A stretch of 24,631 bases of DNA, taken from Patescibacteria group bacterium (lineage in GTDB: Bacteria > Patescibacteriota > Minisyncoccia > UBA6257 > 2-01-FULL-56-20). Location of the stretch: assembly GCA_038055675.1 (NCBI GenBank), contig JBBUHS010000033.1:1-24631 (forward strand), read 5' to 3'. The notes under the pieces are model-generated. The model searched no databases. It had not been told where the DNA came from and was given only the letters and a program-made list of their open reading frames with translations. A program made the position numbers and the translations under genes. Shown one piece after another: positions 6,618-15,738 of the stretch (within the stretch, counting starts at the first letter, position 1; every line of letters starts with the position of its first letter).

Positions 6618-8750
6618 CTAGCCAAAACTTCCCGCTTCGCCCGCCTTGCTGCGAGGCAGGCCGTAACCTTCGCGAGGCGAATCATCAAACTTGTCGACAA
6701 AGATTTCGCGGGGCTTGGCACCATCACCGGGGCCGATTAAATTATTTCCCTCCATAATATCTAAGAGACGGGCGGCCCTGGCGTAGCCAACCTTGAGGCG
6801 TCGCTGGAGAAGTGAAGCGGAGGCTTTGCCTGCTTCTTTGACTATAAGGACAGCTTCGTTATAAAGCTCATCGTCTCCGTCACCGTTAAAGTCATCGAAA
6901 ACATCACCTTTTTTCTCGTCCCCCTCGGCATTTCCTTCAAACGGAGCCGTGGTGTCCTCAGCCTCTTCGTTATTGTCTCGAATGAAGTTCGCAACCTTGT
7001 GGAGCTCTTCTTCAGAGATATACGTTCCCTGAATACGTTTTGGTCGCGAGTATTCGGAAGAGATTAAAAGAAGATCACCGCCACCAAGGAGTTTTTCAGC
7101 ACCGCCGGTATCGAGAATGGTCCGTGAGTCAATCTGGCTCGCAACCTGCAAAGCGATGCGGGTCGTGATGTTGGCTTTGATCAGTCCGGTAATAATCTCA
7201 ACTGAAGGTCGCTGAGTAGAAAGTACCAGATGGATACCGGTTGCGCGGGCCATCTGCGCCAGGCGGATAATAAAGCCCTCAACCTCTCGGCCATACGTAG
7301 TCATCAAGTCTGCGACTTCGTCAATAATGATTACGATGTACGGCAGTTTTTCATCCTCAGTCTTATTGTTATAACTCTTGATGTCACGACAACTGGCTTT
7401 GAGGAGTAGGTTATAACGGTTGTCCATCTCATTTACCGCCCACCTAAAAACCGAGAGGGCTTTTTTGTTTTCGGTTATGACTGGTCCGACAAGATGGGGG
7501 ATACCTTCATATATAGAGAGTTCCACCCGTTTTGGATCGATCATGACCATACGCAGATCGTCCGGCGAATTCTTATATAAAAGAGAGGTGATGAGTGACT
7601 GAAGGACAACTGATTTTCCAGAGCCGGTGGCGCCAGCAATCAGAAGATGAGGCATCGTCGCAATGTTTCCGAAGATTGGTTCGCCGGTGACGTCCCGACC
7701 AAGTGCAAAAGAAATCGGTCCCGATTTTTGGAAGTCGGGGTAGCCAACCAGGCTTCCGAGTCGGACCATCGCCGCCACCTTGTTTGGAATCTCGATACCG
7801 ACCAGAGATTTTCCGGGGATTGGTGCTTCGATACGAATCGGATGGGCGGCTAGAGAGAGGGCTAGGTCTTGGCTGAGGGCGGTGATACGAGAAAGCTTTA
7901 CGCCTTCCGCGGGCTTCAGGGTATATCGCGTTACCTTTGGACCAATATTAATTTCACCCATTTCAACGGCAATACCGAAGCTTTCCAGGGTGCGCTTAAT
8001 GATATTAGCGTTGGCTCTGAGGTCACCAGTTGTCGGTTTCTCAGTTTGAGAATTTAGAAGTTCAATTGGTGGTGGGGTATAGTTCTTAAACTTCTTCAGA
8101 CCACCTTTTTTCGGAATGAAAACATCGGTATTGCCCTCTTTAATTTCTGGTTCCGGTTTTAGTTTCTCTTCGTGTCTTAGATCGGCTTTTGTAATAATCG
8201 GATCGATAATTGGTTTTTCATTTCCCAACACTGCCGGAGAAGTAACCTTTAATTCCGGCTCTATTTTTTGGCGTTCAGGAAGTTTGAGGCGAAGTGGCAA
8301 ATTTAAGATCACAATACTTGAGATCGTGAGAATAACGAGATTGATGACGGTGGCCGCTACGTTTCCGAAGGGACCGCGAAGTGAGCCAAGAATGAATCCA
8401 AGGATGCCGCCGTGCCCCGGTGAGGCAATTTCAAGGAGAGCGAGTGATGAGAGAAGGAAGAGGATGCCACCAATGGCGCTCATTAAGACTACGGGCTGGT
8501 GTTCTCTGGAGAGGAGGGTAAGTCCGATGACAAAGAAACTGAGAGGCAGAAGAAAATAACCCCAGCCGAAGAGAAGAGCTAGGCCTTTATAAAGAGCTTC
8601 GCCTGCAGGACCCGCTTGGTTAATACCAGCCAGACTTAGGATAATGGCGACACCAATTAAAATAACTCCGAGAATACTTTTTTTCGCGTCGGGGTGAAGC
8701 CGGTGCTTGGGATCACTCCGGCTATTTTGCTTGTCTATTTTCTTTGCCAT
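6618..8750 (-). CDS. ftsK: DNA translocase FtsK/SpoIIIE
   Basis: N-terminal TM domain, alpha domain (IRIEAPIPGKSLVGIEIPN), Walker A GATGSGKS, IIIDEVADLM, LSTQRPS, gamma domain (SASLLQRRLKVGYARAARLLD). Confidence 0.97.
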   Translation of the reverse strand: MAKKIDKQNSRSDPKHRLHPDAKKSILGVILIGVAIILSLAGINQAGPAGEALYKGLALLFGWGYFLLPLSFFVIGLTLLSREHQPVVLMSAIGGILFLLSSLALLEIASPGHGGILGFILGSLRGPFGNVAATVINLVILTISSIVILNLPLRLKLPERQKIEPELKVTSPAVLGNEKPIIDPIITKADLRHEEKLKPEPEIKEGNTDVFIPKKGGLKKFKNYTPPPIELLNSQTEKPTTGDLRANANIIKRTLESFGIAVEMGEINIGPKVTRYTLKPAEGVKLSRITALSQDLALSLAAHPIRIEAPIPGKSLVGIEIPNKVAAMVRLGSLVGYPDFQKSGPISFALGRDVTGEPIFGNIATMPHLLIAGATGSGKSVVLQSLITSLLYKNSPDDLRMVMIDPKRVELSIYEGIPHLVGPVITENKKALSVFRWAVNEMDNRYNLLLKASCRDIKSYNNKTEDEKLPYIVIIIDEVADLMTTYGREVEGFIIRLAQMARATGIHLVLSTQRPSVEIITGLIKANITTRIALQVASQIDSRTILDTGGAEKLLGGGDLLLISSEYSRPKRIQGTYISEEELHKVANFIRDNNEEAEDTTAPFEGNAEGDEKKGDVFDDFNGDGDDELYNEAVLIVKEAGKASASLLQRRLKVGYARAARLLDIMEGNNLIGPGDGAKPREIFVDKFDDSPREGYGLPRSKAGEAGSFG
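6631..6681. repeat. GC-rich palindromic element forming the FtsK C-terminal tail
   Basis: CCCGCCT-TGCTGCG-AGGCAGG (6640-6660) plus TTCGC-GAG-GCGAA (6669-6681); shares AGGCAGGCC with the element at 15739. Confidence 0.45.
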
Positions 8751-8821
8751 AAAGGATTGCCTTCATTTTTCCACAAAAGCTGGAAAATTCAAAGTTTTTG
8801 TCTTTGATAAAGTCTGAGAAT

Positions 8822-8848
8822 AAAAAAGCCCACTCCTTCGAGTGGACT
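8822..8848 (-). terminator. Intrinsic terminator of the HTH ORF
   Basis: Minus strand AGTCCACTC-GAAG-GAGTGGGCT followed by a T run; overlaps the stop codon. Confidence 0.85.
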
Positions 8849-9239
8849 ACTGAATCATGTGGATCGCGTTATTGAGTCGACAGAGCTCCCCCCAGTGTTT
8901 CCAGAATGACCGAGGACTGAGCCCGCGACTCCATCGGCGGATCGTTCTGGGGGTTACCCCAGTTCTCCGAGCCATCTCCTCGATAGTTGCTCCGTAATGG
9001 AACTTCAGATGGCAATCGAGATCCTTGGCTCTGGTCTGAACGCCGTCGTCCACACTGAACCAGAGGGGCAACGGGAGATGGATTTCTTCTCCTTCGGATG
9101 AGTAGGGCACGAGAGCGCAACCCACGATTTTGAAGTAGGCGATTCTGAATCGGAGATGACGAAGACAATCGAGTCTGGTCGGCCATTGGCCACCACAGAG
9201 CGCGAGGACTTGTTCGACCGAAAAGGTGACTCCTTGCAT
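8847..9239 (-). CDS. Hypothetical protein with C-terminal Cro/XRE-like helix-turn-helix
   Basis: GATIEEMARRTGVTPRTIRRWSRG is a classic HTH pattern; own promoter, SD (GAAAGGGG) and terminator. Confidence 0.75.
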   Translation of the reverse strand: MQGVTFSVEQVLALCGGQWPTRLDCLRHLRFRIAYFKIVGCALVPYSSEGEEIHLPLPLWFSVDDGVQTRAKDLDCHLKFHYGATIEEMARRTGVTPRTIRRWSRGLSPRSFWKHWGELCRLNNAIHMIQ

Positions 9240-9266
9240 AATTATTCCCCTTTCTTTGCTGCGGCT

Positions 9267-9295
9267 AAAATATCATTACAGCTAAGAGATGTCAA
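9267..9295 (-). promoter_or_regulatory. Promoter of the HTH ORF (TTGACA-N17-TATTTT, extended TG)
   Basis: TTGACA at 9295-9290; TGa-TATTTT with -10 at 9272-9267. Confidence 0.7.
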
Positions 9296-9300
9296 AGTGG

Positions 9301-9330
9301 CGAACTAATCTTCTAGGAAAGATTTTTTCG
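9301..9330. promoter_or_regulatory. Candidate palindromic operator between back-to-back -35 boxes
   Basis: CGAA-ct-AATCTT-ctagga-AAGATT-tt-TTCG; 10 of 12 arm positions complementary; lies between the -35 boxes at 9290-9295 and 9331-9336. Confidence 0.5.
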
Positions 9331-9361
9331 TTGACAAAGAGGTGTCCCTCACGGTAATACT
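9331..9361 (+). promoter_or_regulatory. Putative promoter of the 80-aa ORF (TTGACA-N18-TAATAC)
   Basis: Perfect -35 at 9331-9336; imperfect -10 at 9355-9360; SD AGGAGG at 9377-9382. Confidence 0.5.
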
Positions 9362-9388
9362 TAAAGTAGTATAGAAAGGAGGGACACC
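9341..9388. repeat. Perfect 10-bp inverted repeat GGTGTCCCTC-N28-GAGGGACACC
   Basis: Arms at 9341-9350 (promoter spacer) and 9379-9388 (covering most of the SD of ORF 9391). Confidence 0.7.
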
Positions 9389-9390
9389 GG

Positions 9391-9633
9391 ATGACTAGCC
9401 AAGTGCCTGCTACCGACATCCTCCAATCTTTCCTCAGGATACTGTGGTCTGAACGACCAACGGCGGAGTGGATAGTTAAGTCGCTCCAAGGAATTCCCGA
9501 GCTCAAGGAGCTGTGGGAGTGTTCCTCAAAAAGACAAGAGCTCCAGATGATTCTGGAGGACGTCGCTAACCACGACTATCATGTGAGGAAGGCGGAGGAT
9601 GAACTTCGGAAACTTCAGCAGGCAGATGGATAG
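9391..9633 (+). CDS. Hypothetical 80-aa alpha-helical protein
   Basis: Strong SD AGGAGG 8 nt upstream; helical/coiled-coil C-terminus; strong hairpin follows. Confidence 0.7.
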   Translation: MTSQVPATDILQSFLRILWSERPTAEWIVKSLQGIPELKELWECSSKRQELQMILEDVANHDYHVRKAEDELRKLQQADG

Positions 9634-9662
9634 GGGTCAGAGTTTCGCTCGGCCCCTATCCA
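9627..9662 (+). other. Stable hairpin at the end of the 80-aa ORF (no U tract)
   Basis: TGGATAGGGGTC...GGCCCCTATCCA, about 15 bp including the inner GAG/CTC; overlaps the stop codon. Confidence 0.6.
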
Positions 9663-9686
9663 CCCCACCCCTATAAACTGTAACGT

Positions 9687-10235
9687 ATGGATACCCTAGT
9701 TTTTGATATAGAAACCCAAAATTTTTTTACTGATCCCGAAGTGGGTTGGGGGAACTTCGGAGCTCTTAAGATTTCAGTAGTCTGTGTGTATTCGTATGCC
9801 CACGATAAGTACTGGTCCTTTGAAGAACATGAGATGGATAAGCTGGCAGAAATGTTTGGAACCTCAAATCGTATCGTTGGATTTTCTATGAATCGGTATG
9901 ATGTACCGGTGGTTCAGTCCTATTTTAATAAAAAAGGATTGTCTCACGTAAACCTTTGGGAAAAAGAACGAGTGGATCTATTGGAAGAGATTGAGATAAC
10001 AACTGGAAAACGGATCAGTCTTGATCGCTTGGCCAAGGCCAATCTTACGACTGGTAAACTACGTCACGGCTGGGAGGCGATTACCTTATATAAGGAAGGC
10101 CGGATGGAGGAGTTGAAAGAATACTGCTTGAAAGACGTTGAGCTCACCAAGGACCTGTATGATCTCTACCGCACCAGGAACTACCTATTTATACCAGATA
10201 GGGAGACGGGCAGTGTTTCCAAAGTATCCTTTTAA
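9687..10235 (+). CDS. RNase H-like (YprB/RNase_H_2-type) DEDDy 3'-5' exonuclease
   Basis: ExoI VFDIET, ExoII IVGFSMNRYDVP, SLDRLAKANL, ExoIII YCLKDVELT; TAAACT 7 nt before the ATG suggests a leaderless start. Confidence 0.85.
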   Translation: MDTLVFDIETQNFFTDPEVGWGNFGALKISVVCVYSYAHDKYWSFEEHEMDKLAEMFGTSNRIVGFSMNRYDVPVVQSYFNKKGLSHVNLWEKERVDLLEEIEITTGKRISLDRLAKANLTTGKLRHGWEAITLYKEGRMEELKEYCLKDVELTKDLYDLYRTRNYLFIPDRETGSVSKVSF

Positions 10236-10248
10236 TTTATCTGAAATC

Positions 10249-10268
10249 AATTATCTATATAGATGATT
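10249..10268. promoter_or_regulatory. AT-rich 20-bp palindrome upstream of the cysteine desulfurase
   Basis: AATTATCTATATAGATGATT; 9 of 10 arm positions complementary. Confidence 0.35.
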
Positions 10269-10295
10269 TAAAGCAAGGGCTGGTTGAATACAAGA

Positions 10296-11492
10296 ATGAA
10301 AAAAATATCTGTAAAAAAAATCTACCTCGATTATGCCGCAACCACCCCGGTAGCTCCTGAAGTGGAAAAAGCCATGCGCCCTTACTGGTCGGGGTGTTTT
10401 GGGAATCCCGGATCGCTCCACTCTTTTGGTCAGGAGGCAATGGCGGCTATCGATTTGAGCCGAGAGCGGTTTTCAAAGATGATCGGCGCCCAGTTTCGGG
10501 AGGTTATTTTTACCGGCTCAGCTACCGAGGCCAATAATCTGGCTATTCGAGGAGTTCTTCGAGCCTGGCAGAAGAGGCATGAGGGCATTCCTCGCCTTAT
10601 CGTTTCCTCAGTTGAACATGAGTCAGTTCTGGAGACCGCTCGATTACTAGAGAGTGAGGGGGTAGATGTGGCGTATCTTTCTGTTAGTAAGGAAGGGTAT
10701 ATAAATATGAAGGAACTAGAGTCTGCCCTAAACGACCAGACGGTCCTTGTTTCTATTATGTACGGGAATAATGAGATTGGGACAGTCCAGCCGATTCAGA
10801 AGATTTCTCGAGTTATCTCGGACTTTCGAAAACAGCACAATGCAGCCTATCCCTTGTTTCACACCGACGCTGTGCAGGCGCTTCCTTATATAGTAGTCAG
10901 GGTGGACGACCTTGGAGTAGATCTTGCAACTTTTTCTGGTCACAAGGTGTATGGACCTAAGGGAGTGGGAGCTTTGTATGTTCGTGGACTAACTGAGCGA
11001 AGCGTGATTGAGCCTCTTCTAGCTGGCGGGGGACAGGAGTTCGGTTTTCGATCAGGGACAGAAAATGTTTCTCTGATAGTTGGATTTGTTAGGGCCGTAG
11101 AACTGAGAGGGCAAAAAAGGAAAAAAGAAGAAGAGAAAATCACTGCTCTCAAAAAGTACTGTTTCCAAAAAATGAGTCTTGTCGATAAAAAGATTCTTTT
11201 GAACGGGGTCTCTTTAAAAGAAGGCCTGCCACACATCCTGAATGTTGCTTTCTCTTCTATTCTCGCTTCCGATCTTCTGGTTTACCTTGATTTGCACGGC
11301 GTGGCCATTTCGGCTGGCTCGGCCTGCACTGCTCGTTCACCCGAGCCCTCACATGTCTTAAAGGCTTTGGGACTACCTACTGACCGCATCAGTCGCAGTG
11401 TCCGTTTCAGCTTTGGATCTGACACGACCAGGGCTCAGATCGATACCGCCATTCGTTTAATTAAAAAAAGATTTCTTGAAAAAGGGCGGTAG
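10296..11492 (+). CDS. iscS: Cysteine desulfurase, IscS/NifS group I (alternative TTG start at 10284)
   Basis: YLDYAATTP, GNPGSLH, FTGSATEANN, PLP-lysine motif SGHKVYGPKG, RSGTEN, catalytic loop SAGSACT. Confidence 0.92.
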   Translation: MKKISVKKIYLDYAATTPVAPEVEKAMRPYWSGCFGNPGSLHSFGQEAMAAIDLSRERFSKMIGAQFREVIFTGSATEANNLAIRGVLRAWQKRHEGIPRLIVSSVEHESVLETARLLESEGVDVAYLSVSKEGYINMKELESALNDQTVLVSIMYGNNEIGTVQPIQKISRVISDFRKQHNAAYPLFHTDAVQALPYIVVRVDDLGVDLATFSGHKVYGPKGVGALYVRGLTERSVIEPLLAGGGQEFGFRSGTENVSLIVGFVRAVELRGQKRKKEEEKITALKKYCFQKMSLVDKKILLNGVSLKEGLPHILNVAFSSILASDLLVYLDLHGVAISAGSACTARSPEPSHVLKALGLPTDRISRSVRFSFGSDTTRAQIDTAIRLIKKRFLEKGR

Positions 11493-11520
11493 GGTTTATT
11501 CGTTTGAGGGAGGGAAGAAT

Positions 11521-11549
11521 TTGACGTTTTACCTTGTTTCTTTTAAAAT
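11521..11549 (+). promoter_or_regulatory. clpB promoter (TTGACG-N17-TAAAAT)
   Basis: Near-consensus boxes at 11521-11526 and 11544-11549; ATG 17 nt downstream; no SD. Confidence 0.75.
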
Positions 11550-11566
11550 AGTATTAGAGTACTACT

Positions 11567-14194
11567 ATGGCAAACTTTAATCGTTTTACTATCAAAGCTC
11601 AGGAAGCATTGCAGAACGCCCAGGAGCTGGCCGCGGTCAAAAATCACGGTGAACTGAAGGCACTTCATCTTTTGTCGGCCTTGATTGCCGATGCCCAATC
11701 TTTGGTTCAGCCAGTCCTCGCTCGTTCAAGCGTGAATATCGACGAGTTACGAGAGGAGATCGAAATTGCTCTCGAGCGTTTACCAAAAATTGCCGGCGGT
11801 ACTGGTGTGGGCCAGCTCTATCTCTCTCAAGAGTTGATGAAGATTTTAGACCAGGCGGCCAAGGTGGCAACTCAGCAAAAAGATGAGTTTGTTTCCTGCG
11901 AGCACCTACTGTTAGGAATCTTGGAAGTAGCTTCACCGGCTCAGGCGCTTTTACAGCAGTTTGGTCTGCGTCGGGAGGCGGCCCTTCGAACACTGGCCCA
12001 GCTTCGTGGTTCAACTCGAGTAACGGATGAAACTCCAGAGTCCAAATTCCAGGTTTTTGATAAGTACGCGATTAACATGACTGACAAAGCTAAAGAAGGG
12101 ACACTCGATCCGGTGATTGGTCGCGAAGAGGAGTTGCGTCGTTTAATCCAAGTACTTTCTCGTCGAACGAAGAATAATCCTGTCTTGATTGGTGAGCCGG
12201 GAGTGGGGAAGACCGCCATCGTTGAAGGTCTGGCTCAGCGGATCGTATCCGGTGATGTTCCAGAATCTTTGAAGGGGAAGCAGGTTTTGATGCTTGATCT
12301 CGGAGCCTTGATTGCCGGGACAAAGTTTCGTGGTGAATTTGAAGATCGACTAAAGGCCTTTATAAAAGAAGTAAAGAATGCGGCTGGCCAGATCATTCTT
12401 TTTATCGATGAGATTCATACGATTGTTGGTGCTGGTGCCGCCGAGGGCGCGGTTGATGCTTCAAATCTCCTAAAGCCAGCTCTGGCTCGCGGCGAACTTC
12501 ATGCTATTGGTGCCACCACTATTCGAGAGTACCAACGTTATATCGAAAAAGATGCCGCTTTGGAACGTCGTTTCCAGCCCATTATGGTTGAAGAACCAAC
12601 CGTTGAAGATAGCGTTACCATTCTCCGCGGCCTCAAAGAGAAGTATGAGATTCATCATGGTATGCGCATCTCAGACGAAGCTATTGTGGCGGCCGTGAAT
12701 CTTTCCGCTCGCTATATCACCGATCGCTTTTTGCCGGATAAAGCAGTTGATGTGATTGACGAGGCCGCCGCGTCCCGAAGGTTAGAAAGCGAAAGCTTGC
12801 CGAGCGAGCTTGATCGTACTCGGCGTGAGATCACCCGACTTGAAGTAGAGCGCCAGGCGATTACCAAAGAACGCCACAAAGATGCTACTCGTCTCAAAGA
12901 AGTTGATAAGAAAATTGAAGATTTGAAAAAAGAAAACGATGAACTGTCGAGTCAGTGGCACACCGAGAAAATAAAATTTGAAACGCTTCATCAGCTTCGT
13001 CAAAAAGTAGACAACTTTAAGCGAGAGTCGGAGGTAGCAGAGCGAGAGGGGAGTCTCGAGCGGATGGCCGAGATTATTTATGGAGAACTGCCTCAGGCCC
13101 AAAAAGATTTTGAGGCCTATGAGAAAAAGCATTTTGGTGGCAAGACGAAAAAAGGATCGTTAGACAAACAGTTTATCAAGGAGGCGGTTGATAAGGATGA
13201 TGTGGCGGCAGTAGTAGCTCGCTGGACCGGTATTCCGATTCAGCGAATGCTTGAAACAGAAAGTGAAAAACTTGTGAGAATCGAGGATGTTTTGCGTGAG
13301 CGAGTAGTTGGTCAGGAGGAAGGCATCCAGTCAGTGTCCGCAGCCATTCGTCGAGTGCGAGCCGGTCTTTCCGATGAGAATCGCCCCTTGGGATCATTTA
13401 TGTTCCTTGGTCCGACCGGAGTTGGTAAGACCGAGCTTGCCCGAGCGCTGGCTGAGTTTATGTTCAACGACGAAAAAGCGATGGTACGCATTGATATGTC
13501 CGAGTATATGGAGCGACACACGACCAGCCGTTTGATCGGTTCACCTCCGGGCTATGTTGGTCATGAAGAGGGGGGACAGTTAACCGAAGTTGTTCGCCAT
13601 CGACCGTATAGCCTCATTCTCTTTGATGAGATCGAAAAAGCCCATCCCGAGGTTTTTAACATGTTGCTCCAGGTGCTTGATAATGGTCGTTTGACCGACA
13701 GCAAGGGCAAGGTGGTAAATTTCAAAAACACTATTATCATTATGACTTCTAATATCGGTAGTCATTACCTCAAGTCAATTGCTGATCTCGGCTTTAAGAG
13801 TGCAGCTGGTAAGGATGGTGTCGAGGACTATAAGAGTAAAGTACTGGGAGCCCTTAAGGAGTCATTTCGTCCAGAGTTTCTGAACCGTATTGATGAGTTG
13901 ATTGTTTTCAATCCGCTCCGACCAGAGGCAATGCGCCAGATTGTGGAGATCCAGCTTGCGGCAATCGAAAAGAGGCTCAGGGATCGTCGTATTACCATTC
14001 AGATAGATGAAAAAGCCAAAGAGTATCTTGCCAAAGAAGGTTTTGATGCTGAGTTTGGAGCCCGCCCGGTAAAGCGATTGATTCAGAAAGTTATCTTAGA
14101 TCAGCTCGCAAATCGTATAATTAAAGGAGAACTCAAAGATGGTGGAAAAGTTAAAATTAGTTCGCGAGCAAATTCCCTGGTCTTTAGTAGCTAA
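11567..14194 (+). CDS. clpB: Chaperone/disaggregase ClpB
   Basis: Clp N-domain, two AAA+ modules ([16 protein letters not shown]), coiled-coil middle domain, pore loop GSPPGYVG; 875 aa. Confidence 0.97.
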   Translation: MANFNRFTIKAQEALQNAQELAAVKNHGELKALHLLSALIADAQSLVQPVLARSSVNIDELREEIEIALERLPKIAGGTGVGQLYLSQELMKILDQAAKVATQQKDEFVSCEHLLLGILEVASPAQALLQQFGLRREAALRTLAQLRGSTRVTDETPESKFQVFDKYAINMTDKAKEGTLDPVIGREEELRRLIQVLSRRTKNNPVLIGEPGVGKTAIVEGLAQRIVSGDVPESLKGKQVLMLDLGALIAGTKFRGEFEDRLKAFIKEVKNAAGQIILFIDEIHTIVGAGAAEGAVDASNLLKPALARGELHAIGATTIREYQRYIEKDAALERRFQPIMVEEPTVEDSVTILRGLKEKYEIHHGMRISDEAIVAAVNLSARYITDRFLPDKAVDVIDEAAASRRLESESLPSELDRTRREITRLEVERQAITKERHKDATRLKEVDKKIEDLKKENDELSSQWHTEKIKFETLHQLRQKVDNFKRESEVAEREGSLERMAEIIYGELPQAQKDFEAYEKKHFGGKTKKGSLDKQFIKEAVDKDDVAAVVARWTGIPIQRMLETESEKLVRIEDVLRERVVGQEEGIQSVSAAIRRVRAGLSDENRPLGSFMFLGPTGVGKTELARALAEFMFNDEKAMVRIDMSEYMERHTTSRLIGSPPGYVGHEEGGQLTEVVRHRPYSLILFDEIEKAHPEVFNMLLQVLDNGRLTDSKGKVVNFKNTIIIMTSNIGSHYLKSIADLGFKSAAGKDGVEDYKSKVLGALKESFRPEFLNRIDELIVFNPLRPEAMRQIVEIQLAAIEKRLRDRRITIQIDEKAKEYLAKEGFDAEFGARPVKRLIQKVILDQLANRIIKGELKDGGKVKISSRANSLVFSS

Positions 14195-14849
14195 AGGAGC
14201 GGTTTTTGCGACTGCCTGGCTTTCTTTGCCCTACCTCCTTTTCCTGATTGTAGCTGCTTTTTTGTTTTTCAGTCCCCCTTTCCAGGCCGTCCGATTTCTT
14301 CCCATTTTTCTGTTTTTATCCTGGTTATCTTATATTTCTTATCCTGGCCCTCGGGAGGCAGTTTTTCTTGGCATTCTGTTTCTAGTTGCTTTGGGAGTTA
14401 AGAATCTTGTTTTCATCGATCGAATCCTAGCCGCTCAGGTTTTTTTAACCACCGCTTCTTTTCTTCTGTGGCTAGCCGTTTTTACTGTCAGTCCCCATCC
14501 TGGCTTTTCTTTTTTTTCCTCATCTCTTCTTATCATTTTTCTCCTTTTCTTTCTTTTGCGGTTTATGTTTCAGTTGGGCCAGCCGGAACGCCTAGCTCCT
14601 ACCCCCCTTCTTCTTATGGTCCTGATGAGCTTTCTTTCTTTACAGTTAGCTTGGGTTCTCGTTCTCCTACCAGCTGAACCGGTTTTTCAAGCTCTCTCGC
14701 TGGCAATACTAACCGGTTTTTTCACCGAGTTTCTTTTCGGGTACCTTAACCGGTCTTTGAATGAGAAGCGAACTCATGTTCTTTTTTACGGTGTCTGTCT
14801 TACCCTTCTTGCTCTTATTCTCTCCCTTCCTTTCTCTCTCACTCCATGA
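14139..14849 (+). CDS. Hypothetical polytopic membrane protein (about 7-8 TM helices)
   Basis: Almost entirely hydrophobic 236 aa; overlaps the clpB 3' end by 56 nt and the next gene by ATGA. Confidence 0.8.
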   Translation: MVEKLKLVREQIPWSLVAKGAVFATAWLSLPYLLFLIVAAFLFFSPPFQAVRFLPIFLFLSWLSYISYPGPREAVFLGILFLVALGVKNLVFIDRILAAQVFLTTASFLLWLAVFTVSPHPGFSFFSSSLLIIFLLFFLLRFMFQLGQPERLAPTPLLLMVLMSFLSLQLAWVLVLLPAEPVFQALSLAILTGFFTEFLFGYLNRSLNEKRTHVLFYGVCLTLLALILSLPFSLTP

Positions 14850-15628
14850 ATCAGAAGATAACCACCATAGTGCTTCCGGTCGCGGGAAAGGGGGTGCGTC
14901 TGATGCCCCTTACCCTTAATACTCCCAAGGCCCTCGTTCCAATTCTCGGCAAACCCCTCCTTTTTTATTTAATTGAAGAGGCGGCACTTTCTGGGATCGA
15001 GGATGTTCTTTTAATTACCAATCCAGAGGTTCGACCTGCTTTTGAAAAATTCATAGCTGAAATGATTCCCCAGTTTCCAGAACTCACCTTCCATATATAT
15101 GAGCAGAAAGATCCCTGGGGTCATGGACGGGCAGTTCTCACCGCTTATGACTTTTTGAAGGGCAAGCCTTTTATTGTTCGTTTCTCTGACGATCTGATTT
15201 TTGGAGATGAACCGGTTTCTCGATCTCTAATTAATCTTTTTAGTATTCACGAGCGGCCGATTATGCTCCTAGAGCCCGTTTCTCCAGAACGAGCTTCGTC
15301 ATATGGAATAGTAAAGATTTCAAAATCACTTTCTCCGGCACTCCATCAGATAGCTGAATTCATAGAAAAGCCAAAGGACCCTCCTTCCAATCTATCGGTA
15401 CCTGGAGGATATGTTTTTACGCCAGAACTTTTAGAACATCTGAAGGAAGCAGAAAAGGAAGCGCCAAAAGAACCAGACGGACTTTTAATATACAGTGCCA
15501 TCTATCCGGAACTCGATCGAGGAGGGGAGATTCTCGGTTGGCAGTTTCCCGGAAAACGATTTGATTGCGGTAGTCTCGAAGGCCTTCAGGCCACCGAAGA
15601 ATTCTTGAAGCAAAGATCAACTGCTTAA
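14846..15628 (+). CDS. Sugar-phosphate nucleotidyltransferase, GalU-like
   Basis: LPVAGKGVRLMPLTLNTPKAL, EEAALSGIE, SDDL, YGIV, EFIEKP, PSNL, FDCGS; some GalU substrate motifs have diverged (GHGRA; LLIYSAI). Confidence 0.88.
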   Translation: MNQKITTIVLPVAGKGVRLMPLTLNTPKALVPILGKPLLFYLIEEAALSGIEDVLLITNPEVRPAFEKFIAEMIPQFPELTFHIYEQKDPWGHGRAVLTAYDFLKGKPFIVRFSDDLIFGDEPVSRSLINLFSIHERPIMLLEPVSPERASSYGIVKISKSLSPALHQIAEFIEKPKDPPSNLSVPGGYVFTPELLEHLKEAEKEAPKEPDGLLIYSAIYPELDRGGEILGWQFPGKRFDCGSLEGLQATEEFLKQRSTA

Positions 15629-15738
15629 ATTAAAAGTCTCTTTTCAGTGCGGAGCCTTGTTGTTTTTTTCCTATACGACTTTTGGATAAACAGTGTTTCT
15701 CCGTAAACCCACGGAAGCTTGTTTAGTCTTTGTCGTTA

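Noticed and set aside
8869-9506. Alternative minus-strand ORFs 8869-9186, 9005-9196 and 9282-9506
   Set aside because: They overlap the HTH ORF or the promoter region; only 8847-9239 has a matched promoter, SD, domain and terminator.
10296-11492. DndA-type phosphorothioation system
   Set aside because: No dndBCDE or ssp genes in the window.
11519-11566. CIRCE, CtsR or HAIR heat-shock operator at clpB
   Set aside because: Only a GGTAAAA/CGTCAAA 7-nt repeat (wrong spacing for CtsR) and a 5-bp TAGTA/TACTA repeat are present; neither matches a known box.
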